A DNA stretch of 64,000 bases, from contig OZ024741.1 in assembly GCA_964016885.1 (NCBI GenBank), forward strand, positions 382,974,001-383,038,000. Direction: 5' to 3'. Position 1 is the first letter of the stretch. Each line of letters opens with the position of its first letter. This stretch comes from Eledone cirrhosa (lineage: Eukaryota). The notes beneath the pieces are model-generated. The model did not search any database and was not told where the DNA came from. It saw only the letters and a program-made list of their open reading frames with translations. Shown here in pieces: positions 39,270 through 54,700 of the stretch. The position numbers and the translations under genes are program-made.

Positions 39270-42200
39270 CTAAGAGTGAGAAATGAAATTTCGTTTCATT
39301 CTATTCCATTTATGGTTTTCGGTGCGCCTGGCCGAGTGAACTCACTCGATATGCAAATTGGGCTGCTCAGCCGTTAATTTTCATAAGGAAAGTATATATT
39401 TTCGGACGTTCAACCATCTGGCAGAAAGGTATACGGTGCTGACGATAGCTAATAAGCTTGAAACTAGTACATCGTTTTTGTGTCAGTGTTGAACAAAAAG
39501 GTGACGTGGTTGCCTAAACACTGTACGGCGTAATTCAGGCTGTCTGTTTGTTTACAAACGAACAAACCGAGCATTATAATAAATGTTCGGTAAACTGATA
39601 CGTGCATATATATATGTGTGCCCGTATGTATATGTATATACATGCTACTGTACGTCTGTATACATGTATGTATGTACGTATAAATATATACTTACATTTA
39701 AGTAAGTGCCGTACGAAGAGTGAGAAATGAAATGTCGTTTCATTGTATTCCATTTATCGTTTTCGGTGCACCTGGCCGACTGAACTCACTCGATATGCAA
39801 ATTAGGCTGCTCAGCCGTTAATTTTCATTGGGAAAGTATATACTTTCGGACGTTCAACCATCTGGCAGAAAGGTATACGGTGCTGACGATAGCTAATAAG
39901 CTTGAAACTAGTACATCGTTTTTGTGTCAGTGTTGAACAAAAAGGTGACGTGGTTGCCTAAACACTGTACGGCGTAATTCAGGTTGTTTGTTTGTTTACA
40001 AACGAACAAACCGGGCATTATAATAAATGTTCGGTAAACTGATACGTGCATATATATATGTTTGCCTGTATGTATATATATACATGCTACTGTACGTCTG
40101 TATACATATATGTATGTACGTATACGTACATACTTACATTTAAGTAAGTGCCGTACTAAGAGTGAGAAATGAAATTTCTTTTCATTCTATTCCATTTATC
40201 GTTTTCGGTGCGCCTGGCCGATTGAACTCAATCGATATGCAAATTGGGCTGCTCAGCCGTTAATTTTCATAAGGAAAGTATATACTTTCGGACGTTCAAC
40301 CATCTGGCAGAAAGGTATACGGTGCTGACGATAGCTAATAAGCCTGAAACTAGTACATCGTTTTTGTGTCAGTGTTGAAAAAAAAGATGACGCGGTTGCC
40401 TGAACACTGTACGGCGTAATTCAGGCTGTTTTTTTGTTTACAAACGAACAAACCGAGCATTATAATAAATGTTCGGTAAACTGATACTTGCATATATATA
40501 TGTGTGCCTGTATGTATATATATACATGCTACTGTACGTCTGTATACATATATGTATGTACGTATACATACATACTTACATTTAAGTAAGTGCCGTACTA
40601 AGAGTGAGAAATGAAATTTCGTTTCATTCTATTCCATTTATCGTTTTCGGTGCGCCTGGCCGACTGAACTCATCCGATATGCCAATTAGGCTGTAAAGCT
40701 GTTAATTTTCATAAGGAAAGTATATACTTTCGGACTTTCAACCATCTGGCAGAAAGGTATACGGTGCTGACGATAGCTAATAAGCTTGAAACTAGTACAT
40801 CGTTCTTGTGTCAGTGTTGAACAAAAAGCTGACGTGGTTGCCTAAACACTGTAAGGCGTAATTCAGGCTGTTTGTTTGTTTACAAACGAACAAACCGAGC
40901 ATTATAAAAAATGTTCGGTAAACTGATACGTGCATATATATATGTGTGCCTGTATGTATATATATACATGCTACTGTACGTATGTATACATATATGTATG
41001 TACGTATACATACATACTTACATTTAAGTAAGTACCGTACTAAGAGTGAGAAATGAAATTTCGTTTCATTCTATTCAATTTATCGTTCTCGGTGCGCCTG
41101 GCCGACTGAACTCACTCGATATGCAAATTGGGCTGCTCAGCCGTTAATTTTCATAAGGAAATTATATACTTTCGGACGTTCAACCGTCTGGCAGAAAGGT
41201 ATACGTTGCTGACGATAGCTAATAAGCTTGAAACTAGTACATCGTTCCTGTGTCAGTGTTGAATAAAAAGGTGACGTGGTTGCCTAAACACTGTACGGCG
41301 TAATTCAGGCTGTTTGTTTGTTTACAAACGAACAAACCGAGCATTATAATAAATGTTCGGTAAACTGATACGTGCATATATATATGTTCGCCTGTATGTA
41401 TATATATACATGCTACTGTACGTATGTATACATATATGTATGTACGTATACATACATACTTACGTTTAAGTAAGTGCCGTACTAAGAGTGAGAAATGAAA
41501 TTTCGTTTCATTCTATTCCATTTATGGTTTTCGGTGCGCCTGGCCGAGTGAACTCACTCGATATGCAAATTGGGCTGCTCAGCCGTTAATTTTCATAAGG
41601 AAAGTATATATTTTCGGACGTTCAACCATCTGGCAGAAAGGTATACGGTGCTGACGATAGCTAATAAGCTTGAAACTAGTACATCGTTTTTGTGTCAGTG
41701 TTGAACGAAAAGGTGACGTGGTTGCCTAAACACTGTACGGCGTAATTCAGGTTGTTTGTTTGTTTACGAACGAACAAACCGAGCATTATAATAAATGTTC
41801 GGTAAACTGATACGTGCATATATATATGTGTGCCTGTATCTATATATATATACATGCTACTGTACGTCTGTATACATATATGTATGTACGTATAAATATA
41901 TACTTACATTTAAGTAAGTGCCGTACTAAGAGTGAGAAATGAAATGTCGTTTCAGTGTATTCCATTTATCGTTTAGGGTGCACCTGGCCGACTGAACTCA
42001 CTCGATATGCAAATTAGGCTGCTCAGCCGTTAATTTTCATTGGGAAAGTATATACTTTCGGACGTTCAACCATCTGGCAGAAAGGTATACGGTGCTGACG
42101 ATAGCTAATAAGCTTGAAACTAGTACATCGTTTTTGTGTCAGTGTTGAACAAAAAGGTGACGTGGTTGCCTAAACACTGTACGGCGTAATTCAGGCTGTT

Positions 42201-45200
42201 TGTTTGTTTACAAACCAACAAACCGAGCATTATAATAAATGTTCGGTAAACTGATATGTGCATATATATATGTGTGCCTGTATGTATATATATACATGCT
42301 ACTGTACGTATGTATACATATATGTATGTACCTATACATACATACTTATATTTAAGTAAGTACCGTACTAAAGTGAGAAATGAAATTTCGTTTCATTCTA
42401 TTCCATTTATCGTTTCCGGTGCGCCTGGCCGACTGAACTCACTCGATATGCAAATTGGGCTGCTCAGGCGTTAATTTTCATAAGGAAAGTATATACTTTC
42501 GGACGTTCAACCATCTGGCAGAAAGGTATACGGTGCTGACGATAGCTAATAAGCTTGAAACTAGTACATCGTTCCTGTGTCAGTGTTGAACAAAAAGGTG
42601 ACGTGGTTGCCTAAACACTGTACGGCGTAATTCAGGTTGTTTGTTTGTTTACGAACGAACAAACCGAGCATTATAATAAATGTTCGGTAAACTGATACGT
42701 GCATATATATATGTGTGCCTGTATCTATATATATATACATGCTACTGTACGTCTGTATACATATATGTATGTACGTATACATACATACTTACATTTAAGT
42801 AAGTGCCGTAATAAGAGTGAGAAATGAAATGTCGTTTCATTCTATTCCATTTATCGTTTTCGGTGCACCAGGCCGACTGAACTCACTCGATATGCAAATT
42901 AGGCTGCTCAGCCGTTAATTTTCATAAGGAAAGTATATACTTTCGGATGTTCAACCATCTGGCAGCGAGGTATACAGTGCTGACGATAGGTAATAAGCTT
43001 GAAACTAATACATCGTACTTGTCTCAGTTTTGAACAAAAAGGTGACTTAGTTGCTTAACCATTGTACGGCGTAATTCAGGCTGTTATTTGTTTACAAACG
43101 AACAAACCGAGCATTATACTAAATGTTCGGTAAACTGATACGTGCATATATATATGTGTGCCTGTATGTATATATATACATGCTACTGTACGTATGTATA
43201 CATATATGTATGTACTTATACATACATACTTACGTTTAAGTAAGAGCCGTACTAAGAGTGAGAAATGAAATTTCGTTTCATTCTATTCCATTTATCGTTT
43301 TCGGTGCGCCTGGCCGACTGAACTAACTCGATATGCAAATATGGCTGCTCAGCCGTTAATTTTCATAAGGAAAGTATATACTTTCGGACGTTCAACCATT
43401 TGGAAGAAAGGTATACGGTGCTGACGATAGCTAATAAGCTTGAAACTAGTACATCGTTCCTGTGTCATTGTTGAACAAAAAGGTGACGTGGTTGCCTAAA
43501 CACTGTACGGCGTAATTCAGGCTGTTTGTTCGTTTACAAACGAACAAATCGAGCATTATAATAAATGTTCGGTAAACTGATACGTGCAGATATATATGTG
43601 TGCCTGTATGTATATATATACATGCTACTGTACGTATGTATACATATATGTATGTACGTATACATACATACTTACATTAAAGTAAGTGCCGTACTAAGAG
43701 TGAGAAATGAAATTTCGTTTTATATTATTCCACTTATCGTTTTAGGTGCGCCTGGCCGACTGAACTCACTCGATATGCAAATTAGGCTGCTCAGCCGTTA
43801 ATTTTCATAAGGAAAGTATATACTTTCGGACGTTCAACCATTTGGCAGAAAGGTATACGGTGCTGACGATAGCTAATAAGCTTGAAACTAGTACATCGTT
43901 CTTGTGTCAGTGTCTAACAAAAAGGTGACGTGGTTGCCTAAATACTGTACGGCGTAATTCAGGCTGTTTATTTGTTTACAAACGAACAAACCGAGCATTA
44001 TAATAAATGTTCGGAAAACTGATACGTGCATATATATATGTGTGCCTGTATGTATATATATATACATGCTACTGTACGTCTGTATACATATATGTATGTA
44101 CGTATACATACAAACTTACATTTAAGTAAGTGCCGTACTAAGAGTGAGAAATGAAATTTCGTTTCATTCTATTCCATTTATCGTTTTCGGTGCGCCTGGC
44201 CGACTGAACTCACTCGATATGCAAATCTGGCTGCTCAGCCGTTAATTTTCATGAGGAAAGTATATACTTTCGGACGTTCAACCATCTGGCAGAAAGGTAT
44301 ACGGTGCTGACGATAGCTAATAAGCTTGAAACTAGTACATCGTTCTTGTGTCAGGGTTGAACAAAAAGGTGACGTGGTTGCCTAAACATTGTACAGCGTA
44401 ATCCAGGCTGTTTGTTTGTTTACAAACGAACAAACCGAGCATTATAACAAATGTTCGGTAAACTGATACGTGCATATATATATATGTGCCTGTATGTATA
44501 TATATATACATGCTACTGTACGTCTGTATACATATATGTATGTACGTATACATACATACTTACATTTAATTAAGTGCCGTACTAAGAGTGAGAAATGAAA
44601 CGTCGTTTCATTCTATTCCATTAATCGTTTTCGGTACACCTGGCCGACTGAACTGACTCGATATGCAAATTAGGCTGCTCAGCCGTTAATTTTCATAAGG
44701 AAAGTATATACTTTCGGACGTTCAACCATCTGGCAGAAAGGTATACGGTGCTGACGATAGCTAATAATCTTGAAACTAGTACATCGTTCCTGTGTCAGTG
44801 TTGAACAAAATGTGACGTGGTTGCCTAAACACTGTACGGCGTAATTCAGGTTGTTTGTTTGTTTACGAACGAACAAACCGAGCATTATAATAAATGTTCG
44901 GTAAACTGATACGTGCATATATATATGTGTGCCTGTATGTATATGTATATACATGCTACTGTACGTCTGTATACATGTATGTATGTACGTATAAATATAT
45001 ACTTACATTTAAGTAAGTGCCGTACTAAGAGTGAGAAATGAAATGTCGTTTCAGTGTATTCCATTTATCGTTTAGGGTGCACCTGGCCGACTGAACTCAC
45101 TCGATATGCAAATTAGGCTGCTCAGCTGTTAATTTTCATTGGGAAAGTATATACTTTCGGACGTTCAACCATCTGGCAGAAAGGTATACGGTGCTGACGA

Positions 45201-48200
45201 TAGCTAATAAGCTTGAAACTAGTACATCGTTTTTGTGTCAGTGTTGAACAAAAAGGTGACGTGGTTGCCTAAACACTGTACGGCGTAATTCAGGCTGTTT
45301 GTTTGTTTACAAACGAACAAACCGAGCATTATAATAAATGTTCGGTAAACTGATATGTGCATATATATATGTGTGCCTGTATGTATATATATACATGCTA
45401 CTGTACGTATGTATACATATATGTATGTACCTATACATACATACTTATATTTAAGTAAGTACCGTACTAAGAGTGAGAAATGAAATTTCGTTTCATTCTA
45501 TTCCATTTATGGTTTTCGGTGCGCCTGGCCGAGTGAACTCACTCGATATGCAAATTGGGCTGCTCAGCCGTTAATTTTCATAAGGAAAGTATATATTTTC
45601 GGACGTTCAACCATCTGGCAGAAAGGTATACGGTGCTGACGATAGCTAATAAGCTTGAAACTAGTACATCGTTTTTGTGTCAGTGTTGAACAAAAAGGTG
45701 ACGTGGTTGCCTAAACACTGTACGGCGTAATTCAGGCTGTCTGTTTGTTTACAAACGAACAAACCGAGCATTATAATAAATGTTCGGTAAACTGATACGT
45801 GCATATATATATGTGTGCCCGTATGTATATGTATATACATGCTACTGTACGTCTGTATACATGTATGTATGTACGTATAAATATATACTTACATTTAAGT
45901 AAGTGCCGTACGAAGAGTGAGAAATGAAATGTCGTTTCATTGTATTCCATTTATCGTTTTCGGTGCACCTGGCCGACTGAACTCACTCGATATGCAAATT
46001 AGGCTGCTCAGCCGTTAATTTTCATTGGGAAAGTATATACTTTCGGACGTTCAACCATCTGGCAGAAAGGTATACGGTGCTGACGATAGCTAATAAGCTT
46101 GAAACTAGTACATCGTTTTTGTGTCAGTGTTGAACAAAAAGGTGACGTGGTTGCCTAAACACTGTACGGCGTAATTCAGGTTGTTTGTTTGTTTACAAAC
46201 GAACAAACCGGGCATTATAATAAATGTTCGGTAAACTGATACGTGCATATATATATGTTTGCCTGTATGTATATATATACATGCTACTGTACGTCTGTAT
46301 ACATATATGTATGTACGTATACGTACATACTTACATTTAAGTAAGTGCCGTACTAAGAGTGAGAAATGAAATTTCTTTTCATTCTATTCCATTTATCGTT
46401 TTCGGTGCGCCTGGCCGATTGAACTCAATCGATATGCAAATTGGGCTGCTCAGCCGTTAATTTTCATAAGGAAAGTATATACTTTCGGACGTTCAACCAT
46501 CTGGCAGAAAGGTATACGGTGCTGACGATAGCTAATAAGCCTGAAACTAGTACATCGTTTTTGTGTCAGTGTTGAAAAAAAAGATGACGCGGTTGCCTGA
46601 ACACTGTACGGCGTAATTCAGGCTGTTTTTTTGTTTACAAACGAACAAACCGAGCATTATAATAAATGTTCGGTAAACTGATACTTGCATATATATATGT
46701 GTGCCTGTATGTATATATATACATGCTACTGTACGTCTGTATACATATATGTATGTACGTATACATACATACTTACATTTAAGTAAGTGCCGTACTAAGA
46801 GTGAGAAATGAAATTTCGTTTCATTCTATTCCATTTATCGTTTTCGGTGCGCCTGGCCGACTGAACTCATCCGATATGCCAATTAGGCTGTAAAGCTGTT
46901 AATTTTCATAAGGAAAGTATATACTTTCGGACTTTCAACCATCTGGCAGAAAGGTATACGGTGCTGACGATAGCTAATAAGCTTGAAACTAGTACATCGT
47001 TCTTGTGTCAGTGTTGAACAAAAAGCTGACGTGGTTGCCTAAACACTGTAAGGCGTAATTCAGGCTGTTTGTTTGTTTACAAACGAACAAACCGAGCATT
47101 ATAAAAAATGTTCGGTAAACTGATACGTGCATATATATATGTGTGCCTGTATGTATATATATACATGCTACTGTACGTATGTATACATATATGTATGTAC
47201 GTATACATACATACTTACATTTAAGTAAGTACCGTACTAAGAGTGAGAAATGAAATTTCGTTTCATTCTATTCAATTTATCGTTCTCGGTGCGCCTGGCC
47301 GACTGAACTCACTCGATATGCAAATTGGGCTGCTCAGCCGTTAATTTTCATAAGGAAATTATATACTTTCGGACGTTCAACCGTCTGGCAGAAAGGTATA
47401 CGTTGCTGACGATAGCTAATAAGCTTGAAACTAGTACATCGTTCCTGTGTCAGTGTTGAATAAAAAGGTGACGTGGTTGCCTAAACACTGTACGGCGTAA
47501 TTCAGGCTGTTTGTTTGTTTACAAACGAACAAACCGAGCATTATAATAAATGTTCGGTAAACTGATACGTGCATATATATATGTTCGCCTGTATGTATAT
47601 ATATACATGCTACTGTACGTATGTATACATATATGTATGTACGTATACATACATACTTACGTTTAAGTAAGTGCCGTACTAAGAGTGAGAAATGAAATTT
47701 CGTTTCATTCTATTCCATTTATGGTTTTCGGTGCGCCTGGCCGAGTGAACTCACTCGATATGCAAATTGGGCTGCTCAGCCGTTAATTTTCATAAGGAAA
47801 GTATATATTTTCGGACGTTCAACCATCTGGCAGAAAGGTATACGGTGCTGACGATAGCTAATAAGCTTGAAACTAGTACATCGTTTTTGTGTCAGTGTTG
47901 AACGAAAAGGTGACGTGGTTGCCTAAACACTGTACGGCGTAATTCAGGTTGTTTGTTTGTTTACGAACGAACAAACCGAGCATTATAATAAATGTTCGGT
48001 AAACTGATACGTGCATATATATATGTGTGCCTGTATCTATATATATATACATGCTACTGTACGTCTGTATACATATATGTATGTACGTATAAATATATAC
48101 TTACATTTAAGTAAGTGCCGTACTAAGAGTGAGAAATGAAATGTCGTTTCAGTGTATTCCATTTATCGTTTAGGGTGCACCTGGCCGACTGAACTCACTC

Positions 48201-51200
48201 GATATGCAAATTAGGCTGCTCAGCCGTTAATTTTCATTGGGAAAGTATATACTTTCGGACGTTCAACCATCTGGCAGAAAGGTATACGGTGCTGACGATA
48301 GCTAATAAGCTTGAAACTAGTACATCGTTTTTGTGTCAGTGTTGAACAAAAAGGTGACGTGGTTGCCTAAACACTGTACGGCGTAATTCAGGCTGTTTGT
48401 TTGTTTACAAACCAACAAACCGAGCATTATAATAAATGTTCGGTAAACTGATATGTGCATATATATATGTGTGCCTGTATGTATATATATACATGCTACT
48501 GTACGTATGTATACATATATGTATGTACCTATACATACATACTTATATTTAAGTAAGTACCGTACTAAGAGTGAGAAATGAAATTTCGTTTCATTCTATT
48601 CCATTTATCGTTTCCGGTGCGCCTGGCCGACTGAACTCACTCGATATGCAAATTGGGCTGCTCAGGCGTTAATTTTCATAAGGAAAGTATATACTTTCGG
48701 ACGTTCAACCATCTGGCAGAAAGGTATACGGTGCTGACGATAGCTAATAAGCTTGAAACTAGTACATCGTTCCTGTGTCAGTGTTGAACAAAAAGGTGAC
48801 GTGGTTGCCTAAACACTGTACGGCGTAATTCAGGTTGTTTGTTTGTTTACGAACGAACAAACCGAGCATTATAATAAATGTTCGGTAAACTGATACGTGC
48901 ATATATATATGTGTGCCTGTATCTATATATATATACATGCTACTGTACGTCTGTATACATATATGTATGTACGTATACATACATACTTACATTTAAGTAA
49001 GTGCCGTAATAAGAGTGAGAAATGAAATGTCGTTTCATTCTATTCCATTTATCGTTTTCGGTGCACCAGGCCGACTGAACTCACTCGATATGCAAATTAG
49101 GCTGCTCAGCCGTTAATTTTCATAAGGAAAGTATATACTTTCGGATGTTCAACCATCTGGCAGCGAGGTATACAGTGCTGACGATAGGTAATAAGCTTGA
49201 AACTAATACATCGTACTTGTCTCAGTTTTGAACAAAAAGGTGACTTAGTTGCTTAACCATTGTACGGCGTAATTCAGGCTGTTATTTGTTTACAAACGAA
49301 CAAACCGAGCATTATACTAAATGTTCGGTAAACTGATACGTGCATATATATATGTGTGCCTGTATGTATATATATACATGCTACTGTACGTATGTATACA
49401 TATATGTATGTACTTATACATACATACTTACGTTTAAGTAAGAGCCGTACTAAGAGTGAGAAATGAAATTTCGTTTCATTCTATTCCATTTATCGTTTTC
49501 GGTGCGCCTGGCCGACTGAACTAACTCGATATGCAAATTGGGCTGCTCAGCCGTTAATTTTCATAAGGAAAGTATATACTTTCGGACGTTCAACCATTTG
49601 GAAGAAAGGTATACGGTGCTGACGATAGCTAATAAGCTTGAAACTAGTACATCGTTCCTGTGTCATTGTTGAACAAAAAGGTGACGTGGTTGCCTAAACA
49701 CTGTACGGCGTAATTCAGGCTGTTTGTTCGTTTACAAACGAACAAATCGAGCATTATAATAAATGTTCGGTAAACTGATACGTGCAGATATATATGTGTG
49801 CCTGTATGTATATATATACATGCTACTGTACGTATGTATACATATATGTATGTACGTATACATACATACTTACATTAAAGTAAGTGCCGTACTAAGAGTG
49901 AGAAATGAAATTTCGTTTTATATTATTCCACTTATCGTTTTAGGTGCGCCTGGCCGACTGAACTCACTCGATATGCAAATTAGGCTGCTCAGCCGTTAAT
50001 TTTCATAAGGAAAGTATATACTTTCGGACGTTCAACCATTTGGCAGAAAGGTATACGGTGCTGACGATAGCTAATAAGCTTGAAACTAGTACATCGTTCT
50101 TGTGTCAGTGTCTAACAAAAAGGTGACGTGGTTGCCTAAATACTGTACGGCGTAATTCAGGCTGTTTATTTGTTTACAAACGAACAAACCGAGCATTATA
50201 ATAAATGTTCGGAAAACTGATACGTGCATATATATATGTGTGCCTGTATGTATATATATATACATGCTACTGTACGTCTGTATACATATATGTATGTACG
50301 TATACATACAAACTTACATTTAAGTAAGTGCCGTACTAAGAGTGAGAAATGAAATTTCGTTTCATTCTATTCCATTTATCGTTTTCGGTGCGCCTGGCCG
50401 ACTGAACTCACTCGATATGCAAATCTGGCTGCTCAGCCGTTAATTTTCATGAGGAAAGTATATACTTTCGGACGTTCAACCATCTGGCAGAAAGGTATAC
50501 GGTGCTGACGATAGCTAATAAGCTTGAAACTAGTACATCGTTCTTGTGTCAGGGTTGAACAAAAAGGTGACGTGGTTGCCTAAACATTGTACAGCGTAAT
50601 CCAGGCTGTTTGTTTGTTTACAAACGAACAAACCGAGCATTATAACAAATGTTCGGTAAACTGATACGTGCATATATATATATGTGCCTGTATGTATATA
50701 TATATACATGCTACTGTACGTCTGTATACATATATGTATGTACGTATACATACATACTTACATTTAATTAAGTGCCGTACTAAGAGTGAGAAATGAAACG
50801 TCGTTTCATTCTATTCCATTAATCGTTTTCGGTACACCTGGCCGACTGAACTGACTCGATATGCAAATTAGGCTGCTCAGCCGTTAATTTTCATAAGGAA
50901 AGTATATACTTTCGGACGTTCAACCATCTGGCAGAAAGGTATACGGTGCTGACGATAGCTAATAATCTTGAAACTAGTACATCGTTCCTGTGTCAGTGTT
51001 GAACAAAATGTGACGTGGTTGCCTAAACACTGTACGGCGTAATTCAGGTTGTTTGTTTGTTTACGAACGAACAAACCGAGCATTATAATAAATGTTCGGT
51101 AAACTGATACGTGCATATATATATGTGTGCCTGTATGTATATGTATATACATGCTACTGTACGTCTGTATACATGTATGTATGTACGTATAAATATATAC

Positions 51201-51700
51201 TTACATTTAAGTAAGTGCCGTACTAAGAGTGAGAAATGAAATGTCGTTTCAGTGTATTCCATTTATCGTTTAGGGTGCACCTGGCCGACTGAACTCACTC
51301 GATATGCAAATTAGGCTGCTCAGCTGTTAATTTTCATTGGGAAAGTATATACTTTCGGACGTTCAACCATCTGGCAGAAAGGTATACGGTGCTGACGATA
51401 GCTAATAAGCTTGAAACTAGTACATCGTTTTTGTGTCAGTGTTGAACAAAAAGGTGACGTGGTTGCCTAAACACTGTACGGCGTAATTCAGGCTGTTTGT
51501 TTGTTTACAAACGAACAAACCGAGCATTATAATAAATGTTCGGTAAACTGATATGTGCATATATATATGTGTGCCTGTATGTATATATATACATGCTACT
51601 GTACGTATGTATACATATATGTATGTACCTATACATACATACTTATATTTAAGTAAGTACCGTACTAAGAGTGAGAAATGAAATTTCGTTTCATTCTATT
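39270..51700 (+). repeat. Higher-order tandem duplication of 14 units (~6198 bp x2)
   Basis: Variants recur at +6197/6198 (42561/48759, 43565/49763, 43888/50086, 44332/50530, 44679/50877); boundaries approximate. Confidence 0.9.
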
Positions 51701-54700
51701 CCATTTATCGTTTTCGGTGCGCCTGGCCGACTGAACTCACTCGATATGCAAATTGGGCTGCTCAGCCGTTAATTTTCATAAGGAAAGTATATACTTTCGG
51801 ACGTTCAACCATCTGGCAGAAAGGTATACGGTGCTGACGATAGCTAATAAGCTTGAAACTAGTACATCGTTCCTGTGTCAGTGTTGAACAAAAAGGTGAC
51901 GTGGTTGCCTAAACACTGTACGGCGTAATTCAGGTTGTTTGTTTGTTTACGAACGAACAAACCGAGCATTATAATAAATGTTCGGTAAACTGATACGTGC
52001 ATATATATATGTGTGCCTGTATCTATATATATATACATGCTACTGTACGTCTGTATACATATATGTATGTACGTATACATACATACTTACATTTAAGTAA
52101 GTGCCGTAATAAGAGTGAGAAATGAAATGTCGTTTCATTCTATTCCATTTATCGTTTTCGGTGCACCAGGCCGACTGAACTCACTCGATATGCAAATTAG
52201 GCTGCTCAGCCGTTAATTTTCATAAGGAAAGTATATACTTTCGGATGTTCAACCATCTGGCAGCGAGGTATACAGTGCTGACGATAGGTAATAAGCTTGA
52301 AACTAATACATCGTACTTGTCTCAGTTTTGAACAAAAAGGTGACTTAGTTGCTTAACCATTGTACGGCGTAATTCAGGCTGTTATTTGTTTACAAACGAA
52401 CAAACCGAGCATTATACTAAATGTTCGGTAAACTGATACGTGCATATATATATGTGTGCCTGTATGTATATATATACATGCTACTGTACGTATGTATACA
52501 TATATGTATGTACTTATACATACATACTTACGTTTAAGTAAGAGCCGTACTAAGAGTGAGAAATGAAATTTCGTTTCATTCTATTCCATTTATCGTTTTC
52601 GGTGCGCCTGGCCGACTGAACTAACTCGATATGCAAATTGGGCTGCTCAGCCGTTAATTTTCATAAGGAAAGTATATACTTTCGGACGTTCAACCATTTG
52701 GCAGAAAGGTATACGGTGCTGACGATAGCTAATAAGCTTGAAACTAGTACATCGTTCCTGTGTCAGTGTTGAACAAAAAGGTGACGTGGTTGCCTAAACA
52801 CTGTACGGCGTAATTCAGGTTGTTTGTTTGTTTACGAACGAACAAACCGAGCATTATAATAAATGTTCGGTAAACTGATACGTGCATATATATATGTGTG
52901 CCTGTATCTATATATATATACATGCTACTGTACGTCTGTATACATATATGTATGTACGTATACATACATACTTACATTTAAGTAAGTGCCGTAATAAGAG
53001 TGAGAAATGAAATGTCGTTTCATTCTATTCCATTTATCGTTTTCGGTGCACCAGGCCGACTGAACTCACTCGATATGCAAATTAGGCTGCTCAGCCGTTA
53101 ATTTTCATAAGGAAAGTATATACTTTCGGATGTTCAACCATCTGGCAGCGAGGTATACAGTGCTGACGATAGGTAATAAGCTTGAAACTAATACATCGTA
53201 CTTGTCTCAGTTTTGAACAAAAAGGTGACTTAGTTGCTTAACCATTGTACGGCGTAATTCAGGCTGTTATTTGTTTACAAACGAACAAACCGAGCATTAT
53301 ACTAAATGTTCGGTAAACTGATACGTGCATATATATATGTGTGCCTGTATGTATATATATACATGCTACTGTACGTATGTATACATATATGTATGTACTT
53401 ATACATACATACTTACGTTTAAGTAAGAGCCGTACTAAGAGTGAGAAATGAAATTTCGTTTCATTCTATTCCATTTATCGTTTTCGGTGCGCCTGGCCGA
53501 CTGAACTAACTCGATATGCAAATTGGGCTGCTCAGCCGTTAATTTTCATAAGGAAAGTATATACTTTCGGACGTTCAACCATTTGGCAGAAAGGTATACG
53601 GTGCTGACGATAGCTAATAAGCTTGAAACTAGTACATCGTTCCTGTGTCAGTGTTGAACAAAAAGGTGACGTGGTTGCCTAAACACTGTACGGCGTAATT
53701 CAGGCTGTTTGTTCGTTTACAAACGAACAAACCGAGCATTATAATAAATGTTCGGTAAACTGATACGTGCAGATATATATGTGTGCCTGTATGTATATAT
53801 ATACATGCTACTGTACGTATGTATACATATATGTATGTACGTATACATACATACTTACATTAAAGTAAGTGCCGTACTAAGAGTGAGAAATGAAATTTCG
53901 TTTTATATTATTCCACTTATCGTTTTAGGTGCGCCTGGCCGACTGAACTCACTCGATATGCAAATTAGGCTGCTCAGCCGTTAATTTTCAAAAGAAAAGT
54001 ATATACTTTCGGACGTTCAACCATTTGGCAGAAAGGTATACGGTGCTGACGATAGCTAATAAGCTTGAAACTAGTACATCGTTCTTGTGTCAGTGTTGAA
54101 CAAAAAGGTTACGTGGTTGCCTAAATACTGTACGGCGTAATTCAGGCTGTTTATTTGTTTACAAACGAACAAACCGAGCATTATAATAAATGTTCGGAAA
54201 ACTGATACGTGCAAATATATATGTGTGCCTGTATGTATATATATATACATGCTACTGTACGTCTGTATACATATATGTATGTACGTATACATACAAACTT
54301 ACATTTAAGTAAGTGCCGTACTAAGAGTGAGAAATGAAATTTCGTTTCATTCTATTCCATTTATCGTTTTCGGTGCGCCTGGCCGACTGAACTCACTCGA
54401 TATGCAAATCTGGCTGCTCAGCCGTTAATTTTCATAAGGAAAGTATATACTTTCGGACGTTCAACCATCTGGCAGAAAGGTATACGGTGCTGACGATAGC
54501 TAATAAGATTGAAACTAGTACATCGTTCTTGTGTCAGTGTTGAACAAAAAGGTGACGTGGTTGCCTAAACACTGTACGGCGTAATTCAGGCTGTTTGTTC
54601 GTTTACAAACGAACAAACCGAGCATTATAACAAATGTTCGGTAAACTGATACGTGCATATATATATATGTGCCTGTATGTATATATATATACATGCTACT